From Camelus ferus (taxonomy: Eukaryota): a DNA stretch of 64,000 bases. The notes under the pieces were generated by a model. The model searched no databases. It had not been told where the DNA came from and was given only the letters and a program-made list of their open reading frames with translations. The number at the start of each line of letters is the position of its first letter. The stretch's first letter is position 1. The translations under genes were made by a program, and so were the position numbers. The stretch lies in the NCBI RefSeq assembly GCF_009834535.1, contig NC_045696.1, positions 44,332,001-44,396,000 on the forward strand, read 5' to 3'. Positions 63,753-64,000 of the stretch are shown piece after piece.

Positions 63753-64000
63753 AAGCAGAAACAGAGCTGTAATATTAAAACACTATCTCAAGAGATCTAT
63801 TTCTCAAATTTAAACTCAGAATTCAGAAATTATTTTTCAAATAATATCTCTCATGCATTTATGACCCCATTTATTTTTACTATTAAAAGAAAGAACTCAG
63901 ATTTGGTAAAATTGGCAAATGCAAAGACGAGCCAGGGTAATAGATTATCTTTGATACTTGGTGCCTTTTTAATTGATAAACTCTAAGTGTATTTCGTAAT

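Noticed and set aside
1..64000. A novel multi-gene system (CRISPR, defence island, operon)
   Set aside because: The DNA is mammalian non-coding sequence. The longest ORF is 143 aa and antisense to an L1 UTR, and I saw no regularly spaced repeat-spacer array.

Overview
AT-rich, CpG-depleted eutherian mammalian non-coding DNA, either intergenic or deep intronic. I could not support any protein-coding gene, RNA gene, CpG island or CRISPR/prokaryotic system. The ORFs in the track are either chance ORFs or decayed L1/ERV fragments. Three tRNA-derived SINEs of the camelid Vic-1 type and camelid-style L1 3' ends, with no Alu/B1/Bov-A/CHR/PRE SINEs seen, suggest a camelid genome (camel/alpaca/llama). 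Much of the window is interspersed repeat: MIR, L2, MER5A, a Tigger2-type MITE, MaLR/ERV1/ERVL LTRs, a decayed ERVL provirus at 41.2-46.5 kb and several L1s. The most notable structures are an L1 with an internal inversion and a nested second L1 (28.8-36.4 kb), a MaLR LTR with an internal inversion (2.0-2.4 kb), two sites hit twice by target-primed retrotransposition (5.6-6.4 kb and 60.45-60.74 kb), and a two-LTR ERVL provirus with nested insertions. Several repeat-free, motif-rich blocks look like candidate enhancers or non-coding exons. I found no convincing new biological system. Repeat family names come from remembered consensus motifs, not from a database search, and most boundaries are approximate.
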